Source: an uncultured Chloroflexia bacterium
Lineage (GTDB): Bacteria > Chloroflexota > Limnocylindria > Limnocylindrales > CSP1-4
Direction: 5' to 3'
DNA length: 64,000 nucleotides
Assembly: GCA_963763775.1 (NCBI GenBank)
Contig: CAVXPZ010000004.1
Span: forward strand, 608,001-672,000
In this document: piece after piece, positions 11,187-21,843 of the stretch
Layout: the number at the start of each line of letters is the position of its first letter
Numbering within the stretch: position 1 is the first letter of the stretch
Translations under genes and position numbers: made by a program
The notes under the pieces: generated by a model
What the model was told of the DNA's origin: nothing
What the model saw: only the letters and a program-made list of their open reading frames with translations
Databases searched by the model: none

Positions 11187-13574
11187 TCAGACGCCCCGGC
11201 CGGTGAGCGCGGCCGGATCGGTGCGCTCGGCCGACGGCTCCGTGCGCACGGAGCCCAGGAGTTCCTTGAGGCGGGCCTCGGGGTCAGGTCCGCCGGCGGG
11301 TGCGGCGAACTCGAGCAGATCGCGGAGGGGCATCGCACTGAAATAGCTGTGGAAGTGCGGATCGAGGTCGTCGGGATCGGTCACAGCCTCCCCGAAGACC
11401 CCGCCGAGGATCGGGGCCAGCGACCGAACCAACGCCAGGGCTGCCGGCCGTCCGGCGGCGTCCCCGAGCCAGTCTTGCAGCGGAGACATGTCGGTCAGCG
11501 TGGACGACACCGGCGCCGACTCGACCACCGTCACGGGCACGACGGCATGGAGCGCGGCAGACGAGGATCCGATCAGGATCTCGAAGTCACCGCCCTCCGT
11601 CACCCAGTCGTGCCGGCGAGGATCCCAGAACGCGAACGCTCGCGGATCAAGGCGCACGTCCACCGCCCGTGTCTCGCCAGGCTCGAGGCGCACCTTGGCA
11701 AATCCACGAAGCTCCTTCTCCGGACGCCGCACGGACGCGTCGACATCGCGCACGTACACCTGCACGACGTCACTCCCTGCACGGCCGCCGGTGTTGGTGA
11801 CATCGACGGTGACGGTGACGGCGTCGACGTCCAGGAAGGTCCTTGCCGATGCGCGCGCCTGGGCATAGCCGAATGTCGTGTACGACAGGCCGTAGCCGAA
11901 CGGGAAGGCCACCGGCAGATCCCGCCCCTCGTACCAGCGATAGCCGATGTACAGCCCCTCGCCATAGCCGACCCGGTCCGCGTCACCCGGGAAGTCGAGG
12001 TACGCGGGGGTGTCCTCCAGCCGAAGCGGGAACGTCTCGGCGAGGCGTCCGGACGGGTTGACGACGCCGAACAGGATGTCCGCGACCGCGCCGCCCGCAG
12101 CCTGGCCCGAATACCACGCCTCGAGGACTGCGGCCGCGCCGTCGATCCACGGTGTCACGGTGACGGCGGAACCATTGAACAGGACCACGACCGTCCGAGG
12201 TTGCGCGCCACAGACGGCACGGATGAGCGTCACGTGATGCGGCGGGAGGTCCAGGTCCACCCGATCGCTGCCTTCCGATTCCTTCGTGACCGGCATCGCC
12301 ACGAAGACGACGGCGATGTCCGAGTCGGTGGCGGCCGCGACCGCGGCGGCCACGAGGTCGGGCCGCTCCATCTCTCCGTCGTCATAGCCTTCGGAGTACG
12401 AGGTCTCGGCGTCGCCGGCAAGCCGACGCAGTTCGTCGATCGGGACGTCGACGTGTGTCGGCGTGATCTGCGAGCTGCCGCCACCCTGGATCCGGGGCTC
12501 CTTGGCCGCTCGTCCGATGACCGCGATCCGCCCGCCACCGGAGAGCGGGAGCACGCCGTCGTTCTTGAGCAGGACCATACCGTCGGCGGCGATCCGCCTC
12601 GCGAGGGCGTGATGCGCGGCCGCGTCGAACGAGCCGCCCTTCGGCGTTGCCGACGCCCGCGAGATCACGCGCAGGACACGCAGCGCCGCGCCGTCGACGA
12701 TCTCCTCGTCGAGGGCGCCGGCATCGACCGCATCGATGACCGAACGCACGCGCCGGGGCCGCGGGCCTGGCATCTCGAGGTCGGTACCGGCCGCCAGGGC
12801 GCTTGGACGATCGTGGACGGCCGCCCAGTCCGAGACCACGAACCCGTCGAACCCCCACTCGGACCGGAGCACGTCCGTCAGGAGACCTCGGTGCTCCGAT
12901 GCATAGACACCGTTGATCCGGTTGTAGGCGCACATGACGGTCCATGGCTTGGCTGTCTTGACAGCGTGCTCGAAGGCCGGCAGGTACACCTCGCGGAGCG
13001 TGCGCTCGTCGACTTCGGCGCTGACCGACATCCGGCGCGTCTCCTGGTTGTTGACGGCCAGATGCTTCAGCGACGCCCCGATCCCGAGCGACTGCACGCC
13101 GTCGATCCATCCGACGGCGAGGCGCCCGGCCAGGAAGGGATCCTCCGAGAAGTATTCGAAGTTCCGACCACAGAGCGGCGACCGCTTCATGTTGACGCCG
13201 GGTCCGAGGACGACGTCGACCTCCAGGGCGATCGCCTCGCGCCCGATCGCCTGGCCCATCTCGCGCACAAGGTCCGGATCCCACGTGGCAGCGGTGCTCG
13301 AGGCCGTCGGGAAGCAGGTCGCGGCGGTCGCGCCGAACGCCATCGACCCCGTGGAATGCGTGCGCCGCACCCCGTGGGGGCCGTCAGCCATCCGCAGCGA
13401 CGGCAGGCCGAGACGGGGCACGGCCGCGGTCGTCCACGCGGAGTCGCCCGTCAGCAGCGTCGCCTTCTCCTCGAGGGTCATCTCGGCGAGATGGCCCCGC
13501 GCGATCGCGTCGACGCTCGCCGAGGCGGACGTCGCGTCGGGTGATCGGTCCCGGGTCTCGCCATCGACCGTCAT
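11187..13574 (-). CDS. GH3 beta-glucosidase
   Basis: MADGPHG, RSPLCGRNFEYFSEDP, KH, VVSDW; Fn3-like PEKELRGF. Confidence 0.93.
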   Translation of the reverse strand: MTVDGETRDRSPDATSASASVDAIARGHLAEMTLEEKATLLTGDSAWTTAAVPRLGLPSLRMADGPHGVRRTHSTGSMAFGATAATCFPTASSTAATWDPDLVREMGQAIGREAIALEVDVVLGPGVNMKRSPLCGRNFEYFSEDPFLAGRLAVGWIDGVQSLGIGASLKHLAVNNQETRRMSVSAEVDERTLREVYLPAFEHAVKTAKPWTVMCAYNRINGVYASEHRGLLTDVLRSEWGFDGFVVSDWAAVHDRPSALAAGTDLEMPGPRPRRVRSVIDAVDAGALDEEIVDGAALRVLRVISRASATPKGGSFDAAAHHALARRIAADGMVLLKNDGVLPLSGGGRIAVIGRAAKEPRIQGGGSSQITPTHVDVPIDELRRLAGDAETSYSEGYDDGEMERPDLVAAAVAAATDSDIAVVFVAMPVTKESEGSDRVDLDLPPHHVTLIRAVCGAQPRTVVVLFNGSAVTVTPWIDGAAAVLEAWYSGQAAGGAVADILFGVVNPSGRLAETFPLRLEDTPAYLDFPGDADRVGYGEGLYIGYRWYEGRDLPVAFPFGYGLSYTTFGYAQARASARTFLDVDAVTVTVDVTNTGGRAGSDVVQVYVRDVDASVRRPEKELRGFAKVRLEPGETRAVDVRLDPRAFAFWDPRRHDWVTEGGDFEILIGSSSAALHAVVPVTVVESAPVSSTLTDMSPLQDWLGDAAGRPAALALVRSLAPILGGVFGEAVTDPDDLDPHFHSYFSAMPLRDLLEFAAPAGGPDPEARLKELLGSVRTEPSAERTDPAALTGRGV

Positions 13575-16281
13575 GGCGCCACGGTCGAGACGAGGGCCGG
13601 GCGGGTCACCTCGATCGTGTGCCGGCCGGGTGCCAGCACTGACGTCAGCCTGGGGTCTCCCACCAGCCGCCGTCCGTCCACGACCACCTCCGACGAAGGG
13701 CCGGATGGCGGGTCGAACACGCCGGTGGTCCCGAATGGCAGATCGACGACGGCCGAGAACGACTCGCCCGCGACACGCCAGGCGATCGACACCGGGCCCT
13801 GTGGGGCGTCGAGCGAGGCCGTGCAGGCGGTGATCGACTCGTCGGGGCGTGGCGCCACGATGACGCGGCGGTACCCGGGGCTCGAGATATCTGGCGCCAG
13901 ACCCGCGACGGTGCGGTAGATCCAGTCGACGACGGCGCCATAGGCGTAGTGGTTGAAGGACAGCATCTGGCCACCCTCGCCGCCGCCTTCCACGCCAGGC
14001 ACGGGCGCCATGACGCCAGGATGGATGGATCCGTCCGGGCGGATGGCGTCCCAGCGCTCCCAGACCGTCGTCGCTCCGCGAGTGACCTGATACAGCCAGG
14101 ATGGCGCCTCGCGACAGAGGAGCGCGAGATACGCCTCCTCGAGGTGCCCGGTCGCGGCCAGGGCCGGGAGCACCAAGGGCGTCCCGAGGAACCCCGTCGC
14201 AACCCGCCCTTGTTCGGCTTTCACGAGCGCGGCCAGGGTGTCACCGATGCGCTGCCGCTCATCGTCCGGGACCAGCCCGAACTGGATCGCGACGGCGCAG
14301 CCCGTCTGATTCGAGGCCACGTGCTCGTGCCAACGGGCCCACGTCGCCGACCCGACCGCCCGGGCGATGCCCTCATAGCGAGCGGCATCCGCCGGTTCCC
14401 CGATGAGCGAGGCAGCGCGCGCCGTGAGGCGTGCGCTGTGGGCGAAGAAGGCATTGGCCAGGAAGGTGGGATCCGTCCTGGCCTCCCAGGGACGATCGGG
14501 CGGAGCCGTCGGATCCAGCCAGTCGCCGAACTGGAAGCCGTCGGGCAGCAAGCCGTTCGTGCCACACCGACCAAGGAGGGATCCGATCCAACCACGCATG
14601 CTCGGGTACTGGTCGCGCACGACGGTGACATCGCCGTAGGACTCGTAGACGGCCCACGGCACGATCGTGGCCGCGTCCCCCCAGCCCGCTCGCCCGAACC
14701 GCGCCTCGCCTTGCAGCACGACATCCGGGACCACGGAGGGCACCCCCATCACCGGGTCCTGGTCGAACGCCAGATCGCGCAACCAGCTTGCCCAGAACGA
14801 CTGTGCGTCGAACAGGGTGCAGGCGGTCGACGCGAAGGCCTGGGCGTCCCCGGTCCAACCGAGACGCTCGTCCCGTTGCGGGCAATCCGTCGGGACCGAG
14901 ACGAAGTTGTCCCGCTGCGACCAGACGACGTTCTCGTGGAATCGGTTCAGGTCCGCGTCGGAGGACTCGAACGTGCCTCGCCGCGGGGTCGCGCTGCTGA
15001 TCGCCACGTGCGCGGCATCGATGACCTCCGCATCGGTCTCGATCTCCGCGTAGCGAAAGCCATGGAACGTGAACATCGGCTCGAGGACGACAGTCTGGTC
15101 ATCGGCGAGGAGGTAGGTATCGGTCGCCTTGGCCGTTCGGAGGGAGAGAGTGTGCAGCGATCCGTCCGGCTCGAGTACCTCGGCGTGGCGCACCGTGACG
15201 CACTGGTCGCGTCGGCCTCGGACGGTGATCCGCACGTGGCCGGTCATGTTCTGACCCCCATCAGTGCGAAACAGCCCGGGCCGAACCTCGACCGGCGACA
15301 CTGGGATCGAGGCGACGACGCGGACCGGCGGAGCGATGCGAGGCTCGAGGATCCGACTGTCGAACGGCACCTCCGCGGCGTGGGCCCATGACGCGTCGTC
15401 GAACCCCGGCAGCTCCCAGCCGCCCTGCTCCTCACGGAGGTCGATCTCCGCCCCGTCGTACATGTCCGCGGCCCGGATCGCGCCCGTCGACGCTCGCCAT
15501 CGACCGTCCGTCGGGACCGTGAGGGCCCGACCGTCTTCCAGGTCGACTTCGAGTTGGGCGAACAAGGCCACATCGGTGCCGTAGCGAGCCCGCCCGCCGT
15601 CAGGTCCCCATCCGAGGCGACCTCGATACCAGCCGTCGCCCACCACACCCGTGATGACGTTGTCACCGATGCGAAGCAGGTCGGTCACGTCGTACGCCTC
15701 GACCAGGAGACGATCGCGATAGGCGGTCCATCCCGGGGCGAGGATGTCCTCGGAGACGGGGCGACCATTGATGGCCATCGAAAGGACCCCATGCGCGGTC
15801 GCGTAGAGCCGTGCGCGGCGGGGAGGCCCGGGACATCGAATGTCCGTCGCAGCAGTGGCGGCGGTGCCTGCCGAGCTCGGCCGGGGTCGTCGGGGATCGT
15901 GATCCCGGTCGCCGTCCAATCGCTCGACTGGAGCAGCCCCGCCTCGATCCGAAGCGTCGAACTCCAATCGGACCATCCGGTGTCGGTCCGGATCCGGACC
16001 CGGTAGTGGCGGACCTCCCGACTCTCGAGTGGTGCGCCGGGGGCCGCGACCGCGACCTGGTCATCCGAGTCCACGACGCCGGTCGTGGCCAGCCCTTCCT
16101 CGAAGGCGGGGGTCGAGGCGGACTGGACCTCGTACGAGAGCTGCCGGAGGCCCTGGTTCGATGTCGAGACCTGCCAGGTCAAGCGGATGGGATCGGTGCC
16201 GGCGACCAGGACGGACGTCGGGATCTGGCTGACGAGACGCGTGACGACGGCGCTCGGGGGCGTCGTTCGAGTCGAAGTCAC
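13571..16281 (-). CDS. GH78 alpha-L-rhamnosidase (frameshift near 15810)
   Basis: FTFHGFRY, PTDCPQRDERLGWTGD, GATTVWERW and SFNHYAYG motifs. Confidence 0.92.
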
Positions 16282-16312
16282 TGGCGCGGCACCTCGGGCG
16301 AGTGGGAGTGGA

Positions 16313-17130
16313 TCAGCCTTTGACCGCGCCTGCCGTCATGCCCGAGACGATCTGGCGCTGGAAGAAGATGAACATGATCAGCGGTGGGATCGTGATGACG
16401 ACCACGTCCGCGAAGAGCAGGTTCCAGCGAGTAGGAACTGGCTTATGAAGTTGAACAACGTCAGCTGCACGGTCACGTTCTCGTTCCCGGGCAGGAAGTA
16501 GAGCGGGTCGGCGAAGTCGTTGTAGATGGCAACCGACAGACGACGATCACCGTGATGATGGCCGGCCGCAGGAGCGGGAAGATCACGATGGAGAAGAACC
16601 GCAACGGCGACGCGCCATCCATGAGCGCGGCCTCGTCGATCTCACTCGGGATGACCGCCATGAAGGCCACGAAGATCAGGGTCGCGAAGGGCAGCGCGAA
16701 GGCGACCTCGACCATGATCAGCCCGAGGAGCGTCTTGTAGAGACCAAGCCCCTGCAGCAGGAAGATCGTCGGCACGACGGCCGGAGGGATGATGAGCCCC
16801 GCGAGCAAGAGGGAACTGACCAGTGCCGCGACCCGATCGCGCCGTCGCTGCATCACGAAGGCGACCAGCGACGCGAGCAAGACCGTGATCGCGACCGAGC
16901 CGACGGTCAGGATCAGGCTGTTCCACAGCGCCAGGATCATGAGGCCGTTCCGCACGCTCAGGACGGCCCGGATGTTCTCGATCAACTGCAAGTTGCTCGG
17001 CCAAGCGAACTCGAGGGAGACGCCTCGGCCGGGTCTTGGCCGCCGTCAGGACGATGAAGATGAATGGCACGACAAAACGACGATGCCGATCGACGAGCGC
17101 GACGACGTCGACCCAGTAGCGCCGGGCCAC
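16313..17130 (-). CDS. Carbohydrate ABC transporter permease (MalG-like, frameshifted)
   Basis: IPSEIDEAALMDGA EAA motif; TM segments. Confidence 0.82.
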
Positions 17131-17142
17131 GACGAGCGGCCC

Positions 17143-17984
17143 TCACAGCTCAATCTCCCGCTTGGAAGAACCGCATCAGCGGATAGACGAGGATCGTGAC
17201 GAGAATGAACAGGACCACATTGCCGGCGGTCGACAGGCCATAGAACCCCGCCTGATACTCCTTGTAGATCACCGAGGTGAGCACGTCCGATGGCGAAGCC
17301 GGGACCGCCGTGGGTCATGGTCCAGATCAGGTCGAACGACCGCAGCCCGCCGATAAACGACAGCAGGATGACCGTGAACGTCGCGTTGCGGGCCAGGGGA
17401 ATGATGACGTAGCGGAACTTCACCCAGGTCCCGCCCTCGAGCCGGGCGGCTTCGAAGTACTCCACCGGGATCGACAGGATGCCGGCGATGAAGATCACCG
17501 TCGCGATGCCGACGCCCTTCCAGACGTCGACCAGCGCCACCGAGAGCAGCGCGAGGTCCGGATTGCCCAGCCAGTCCGGGTGCGGGGAGCCCGACGAGCG
17601 CCGAGGGTCGGTGTTGATGAGCCCCACGGACGGCTGCATCAGCGTGGCGAACGTGATCCCGACGGCAACGGTGCTGACGAGCACCGGGAAGAAGATGATG
17701 CGAGCGGAGCCCCGAGCGCGGATCCTGGAGGTGAGCAGCATCGCCAGCGGCAGCCGAGGATGACCTTTGAGCCCGCTCGTGAGCACGGCATAGATGAGCG
17801 TGTTGCGCAGCCCGCCGATGAGCTGGGGTCGCTCCAGGAACTCGCCGAAGTTGTCGAGTCCGATGAACGTCGCATCGAACAGCGTCCAGCGGGTCAGGCT
17901 GAAGTAGAACGCGAGCGCGGTCGGCACGAGGAAGAACACGCCGAACACGAGACCTGCCGGGAAGATAAAACCATGGGGGTACAT
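17143..17984 (-). CDS. Carbohydrate ABC transporter permease (MalF-like, frameshifted; start uncertain)
   Basis: IGLDNF, WKGVG, EYFEAARLEG and FDLIWTMTHGGPG motifs. Confidence 0.82.
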
Positions 17985-18118
17985 GGACGTCCGCGGCGCT
18001 CGGTTCGACCTCTGGCGCGCGGGGCGATGCTCGCGGGCGCGTTCGGAGACGTGAACGGCCGGCCGTGACCGGTCGACCGTCCCTCGGTGGACTGGCGCGT
18101 CGCGTCCAGTCCAGGAAC

Positions 18119-19500
18119 TTACCAGCCCGGCAGACCGAGCTGCTTGGCCTGCTTCTCAACATCCTTGTCGTAGGTCGCGCCGTCCGTCGGCGTCATCTGG
18201 CCGGTTCCGACGGCAACGGAGATCTGCTCGAGGGACGGACCCTTCACCGGCGAGAGGAACTCAAGCGCCGGCGTGCGGCGTTGCCGGATCGATGTAGCGG
18301 CGAGGTCCTTCACGGCGGGAAGGACGTTGTCGGGCAGCTTCGCGCCCTTGATGACGTACGGGCCTGGGGGCGGACTTCGCGGCGGTTGCTGCGTCGACGC
18401 CGGCAGTCGGAGGCGATGAACGCCAGGAAATCCTTGGCCTCGGCGAGGTTCTTGCTGTCGTCTTCGGGATGTAGGTCCCGGCGGGCATCCAGATCGTCGC
18501 GCCAGTTCTTGGCGGCATCCGTGCCGGGCAGCGCGAAGAAGCCGATGTCGTTCACCTGGCATCGGGCGAGTTGGTCGCGATGGTCGAGAGCGCAAAGGAC
18601 AGCATCGGGTACTGGGCGCCCTTGCCGTCGGCGAGCAGCTTCAAGCCTTGGTCGAAGTCGTGGTCGCGAAGTCCTTCTGATACCAGCCCTTCTCGAAGCC
18701 CTCCTGCAGATAGCTGAAGCCGGCCATCGCCGCAGGGGTCGTCGGCGTACTTGGCCTTGTTGGCGGTGTAGTCGGCGGCGAAGTTCGGGACGGCCTGCGC
18801 GACGTTGTAGTAGTCGGCGAGCACGAACAGCTGGGAGGTCCAGTCGTCGGCCGTAGGTGGCAATGACCGGCGCGATACCGGCCGCCTTGATCTTGTCGTT
18901 GTTGGCTTCGAACTCAGCCCAGGTCTTGGGCACGCTCAGCCCGTTGCTGCGTAGATCTTCTTGTTGTAGAGGATACCGCCGCCCATCGCCGTGCCGACTC
19001 GGCACGCCGAAGATCTGCCCGTTCTGCGACACGGTCGGGAGGAACGAGTCGACGATGTTGGCGATGAACGGCTCCTTCGGAGGTCGACGAGCGTGTCGGT
19101 CGGGTGCAGGGCCTGGAGCAGCGAGCCGGAGTTGTACCAGAAGATATCCGTCATGTCGCCCGTCGCAAGGCGTCGTCTTGACGAGGTTGTCGCCTTCGGT
19201 GCCGCCCGGCCGGCTCTCGACGTTGATGGTCACGTTGGGATGCATCGCCGTGTAGGCGTCGGCGAGCGCTTTGGCCGAGCTGCTGGTTCGCCTGCGATCG
19301 TCGACCAGGTACTTCAGCGTGACAGCCGCGGCCGATGGCTCGGGCGTCGCGGTCGGTGCGGCCACGGACGCGGCAGCCGTCGCGGCGGCCGACGCGGCCG
19401 CGCTCGGTGACGCATTCCCCCCGCTACTGCTGCAGGCGCTGACGGCCAGCGCCGTCATCGCAGTGAGGACGATCGCTCGCCTCATTCGTGTGAGATCCAT
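18119..19500 (-). CDS. Sugar ABC transporter substrate-binding lipoprotein (several frameshifts)
   Basis: Lipobox LAVSAC, RPGGTEGDNLVK, YNKKI and PKTWAEF motifs; C-terminus AKQLGLPGW. Confidence 0.8.
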
Positions 19501-19620
19501 GGACTTCCTCCTCATTGGCCATCTGCCTCGGTCGGCGCGACCCAGCTCGTCGCGCACGTCCGTCCCCAGGCGCTTCTCAGTTCGTCGTGTGCGGATCGCG
19601 CTGATCCTCCTTCCTCGTCC

Positions 19621-20535
19621 TCAACGGAGTGACGATGACGTCGACGTGGGCGTGTCTCCGTGACCCCGGTCGACTCGGGTGGACCCGGTGGACACGCTCT
19701 CGACCGCCGGATCGGTGGCGGAGGGCACGAGCCAGATCTCGATGCCGCCCGCCTCCGGGGCCGTGACCATGGATGCAGGGGCTGCCCGATCCGAGATGAC
19801 GCCCGTCAGTTCCTCGGTCCGGCAGAAGGTCGCGAAGGCCGTGTGGCCCCACTTGGTGTGGTCGACGATGGCGATGACCTGGCGAGCCGCCTCGACCATC
19901 GACCGTTTGATCTGGGCTTCCTCCTCTGTGGCGTCGGAGAGGCCCGTCTCGAAGGTGAACCCGGCGGCGCCAACGAACGCGGTCTGGACGTTGATCCGGT
20001 CGAAGACGCCCGCGCCGATAGTCCCGACCACCGAGAGGGCCTCCCAGCGGACCCACCCGCCCGGGAGGACGACCGCGATCCCCGGACAGCCGGCCAGCTC
20101 GGAGGCGATCCGCAGGCCGTTCGTCACGACCGTCAGGTGGTTCCAGCTGCCTCGAGCGCGGATCGCGCGGGCGAGGTGGAGCCCGGTCGTACTGGCGTCG
20201 ATCGCGATGCACTCGCCATCGTTGACCCGCGTCGCGGCGGCGGCCCCGATGGCGGCCTTCTCGGTGCGCCGCAGGCGCTCGCGGACGTCGAACGACCCCT
20301 CGGACGGCCGCGCGGTGGAGGTGATGGCGCCGCCATGCGCCCGCGTGACACGTCCGTCGGCCGCGAGGGCGGCGAGGTCCTTGCGGATGGTCTGACGAGA
20401 CACGCCGAACCGGTCGCTCAAGTCGCCGACGCGGACTCGACCGTGCGCATCGACGAGCCGGGCGATAGCCTGCCGGCGCTCGCTCGAGAATGCGTCGGGG
20501 CCGCGTGGATGCTGGCTGGCGAGGGCGTCGGTCAT
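19621..20535 (-). CDS. DeoR/GlpR family transcriptional regulator
   Basis: FGVSRQTIRKDL, RAHGGA, IDASTT and VVTNG motifs. Confidence 0.9.
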   Translation of the reverse strand: MTDALASQHPRGPDAFSSERRQAIARLVDAHGRVRVGDLSDRFGVSRQTIRKDLAALAADGRVTRAHGGAITSTARPSEGSFDVRERLRRTEKAAIGAAAATRVNDGECIAIDASTTGLHLARAIRARGSWNHLTVVTNGLRIASELAGCPGIAVVLPGGWVRWEALSVVGTIGAGVFDRINVQTAFVGAAGFTFETGLSDATEEEAQIKRSMVEAARQVIAIVDHTKWGHTAFATFCRTEELTGVISDRAAPASMVTAPEAGGIEIWLVPSATDPAVESVSTGSTRVDRGHGDTPTSTSSSLR

Positions 20536-20684
20536 GCGCGGGACCTCGATGATCGCCGGCGATCCATCGATCGACCTCCATCGCCGAGCCGGCTCATCTC
20601 CGGCCGGTCGTCGTCGCCCGAAGATAGGGATGCGCCCGATATCGAAGTTGGCAATGGTTGTCGGGAGGTTGCACAATCTTGCGG

Positions 20685-21647
20685 ATGTCCGATGGTGTGA
20701 AACGAAGGCGCTCCGAACGCAACCTTTGGCACATGGAGCCAGGGGATGCGCGTCCCGACGCGTCCTCCCATCCACACCCGCTGATCGAGCCGGGTAGCGT
20801 GGTCGGCCTCTGGCTGGTCGACCATCTGCCGGTGGTCCATCCCCACGACCACGCGTTCTACGAGATGGCGCTCGTGCTCAGCGGGAGCGGGTTCCACGTC
20901 TGCGGGGAGAGCGAGGAGCCGGTCCGGGCCGGCACCGTGGTCTTCGTCCCGCCGGGAGTCGCGCACGGCTACCGAGGGTGCCGCGAGATGCAGGTCTACA
21001 ACTGCTTCTTCCGGGCGGAGCTGGCCGAGTTCGAGCTCCTCTGGGCGGCCCGCGACGACGCGCTTGGGGCCCTGTTCGAACGCAGCGGGACCAAGCGCCT
21101 CCAGGACGACCACGTCGTGATCCAGGTGGACTCCGCGGCCTTCGAGCAATGCATCCGTGAGCTCGACGTGATCCGGTACGAGGATCCAGCCGAGCGGAGC
21201 CACGCGCGCCAGATCGGCCATCTGCTGCTCGCCCTGGATCTGATCGCCCGGCACGGCCGGCGATACGGGACGGCGCCCAGCGAACGGCGGCTCGCGACCC
21301 CGCCCGTCGTCGCGGCCGTCCTCGATGCCTTCGACGGCGACCTTGCCCGGCACTGGACGCTCGCCGACCTGAGCACTGAGGCCTTCGTCGGCTCCTTCCA
21401 TCTCGCCCACGAGTTCAAGCGCTGGATGGGCGTCTCCCCGATGGCGTACCTCGCGCAGTTGCGCGCGAAACGGGCGGGCATCCTACTGGCCGGGACCGAC
21501 GACTCGATCGCCTCGATCGGCCGCGCCGTCGGTTGGCCGGAGCCTGCCGCGTTCTCGCGACAGTTCTCGAAGGCGTTCGGGATCAGCCCACGCGAGTTCC
21601 GACGCCGTCGCGCGGTGCAGCACGCCGATGAGGCCGTCCCGAGCTGA
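20685..21647 (+). CDS. AraC family regulator (RhaR/RhaS-like cupin plus HTH; start uncertain)
   Basis: HPHDHAFYE cupin; FKRWMGVSP and FSRQFSKAFGISPREFR. Confidence 0.9.
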   Translation: MSDGVKRRRSERNLWHMEPGDARPDASSHPHPLIEPGSVVGLWLVDHLPVVHPHDHAFYEMALVLSGSGFHVCGESEEPVRAGTVVFVPPGVAHGYRGCREMQVYNCFFRAELAEFELLWAARDDALGALFERSGTKRLQDDHVVIQVDSAAFEQCIRELDVIRYEDPAERSHARQIGHLLLALDLIARHGRRYGTAPSERRLATPPVVAAVLDAFDGDLARHWTLADLSTEAFVGSFHLAHEFKRWMGVSPMAYLAQLRAKRAGILLAGTDDSIASIGRAVGWPEPAAFSRQFSKAFGISPREFRRRRAVQHADEAVPS

Positions 21648-21667
21648 CCAGCTGAGCCCGAGTGGAA

Positions 21668-21687
21668 GACCTCGGTCCGGCGAGGTC
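21668..21687. terminator. Hairpin immediately downstream of tRNA-Sec
   Basis: gacctcg / cgaggtc. Confidence 0.4.
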
Positions 21688-21692
21688 CGGCG

Positions 21693-21789
21693 TGGCGGGA
21701 GCGCGTGGGAGTCGAACCCACCGCGCCGCGCCGAGCGCCGCGCCACTGGTTTTGAAGACCAGGGGACCCACCGGGACCCGACCGCTCCC
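21693..21789 (-). tRNA. selC: tRNA-Sec (anticodon UCA)
   Basis: Anticodon loop CUUCAAA, 6-bp D stem with CGGU loop, long variable arm, GUGGG-UUCGACU-CCCAC T arm, G discriminator, encoded CCA. Confidence 0.96.
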
Positions 21790-21843
21790 GCCGCCGATGG
21801 TAGCGCGGCCGGGGTCGGCCGCCGTGCCGCGTATCATCGGTCG

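Larger units (their letters stand above)
9226..21732. mobile_element. Genomic island integrated at the tRNA-Sec 3' end (carbohydrate cargo, no integrase seen)
   Basis: Perfect 40-bp direct repeats at both ends; interrupts the sel cluster. Confidence 0.85.
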
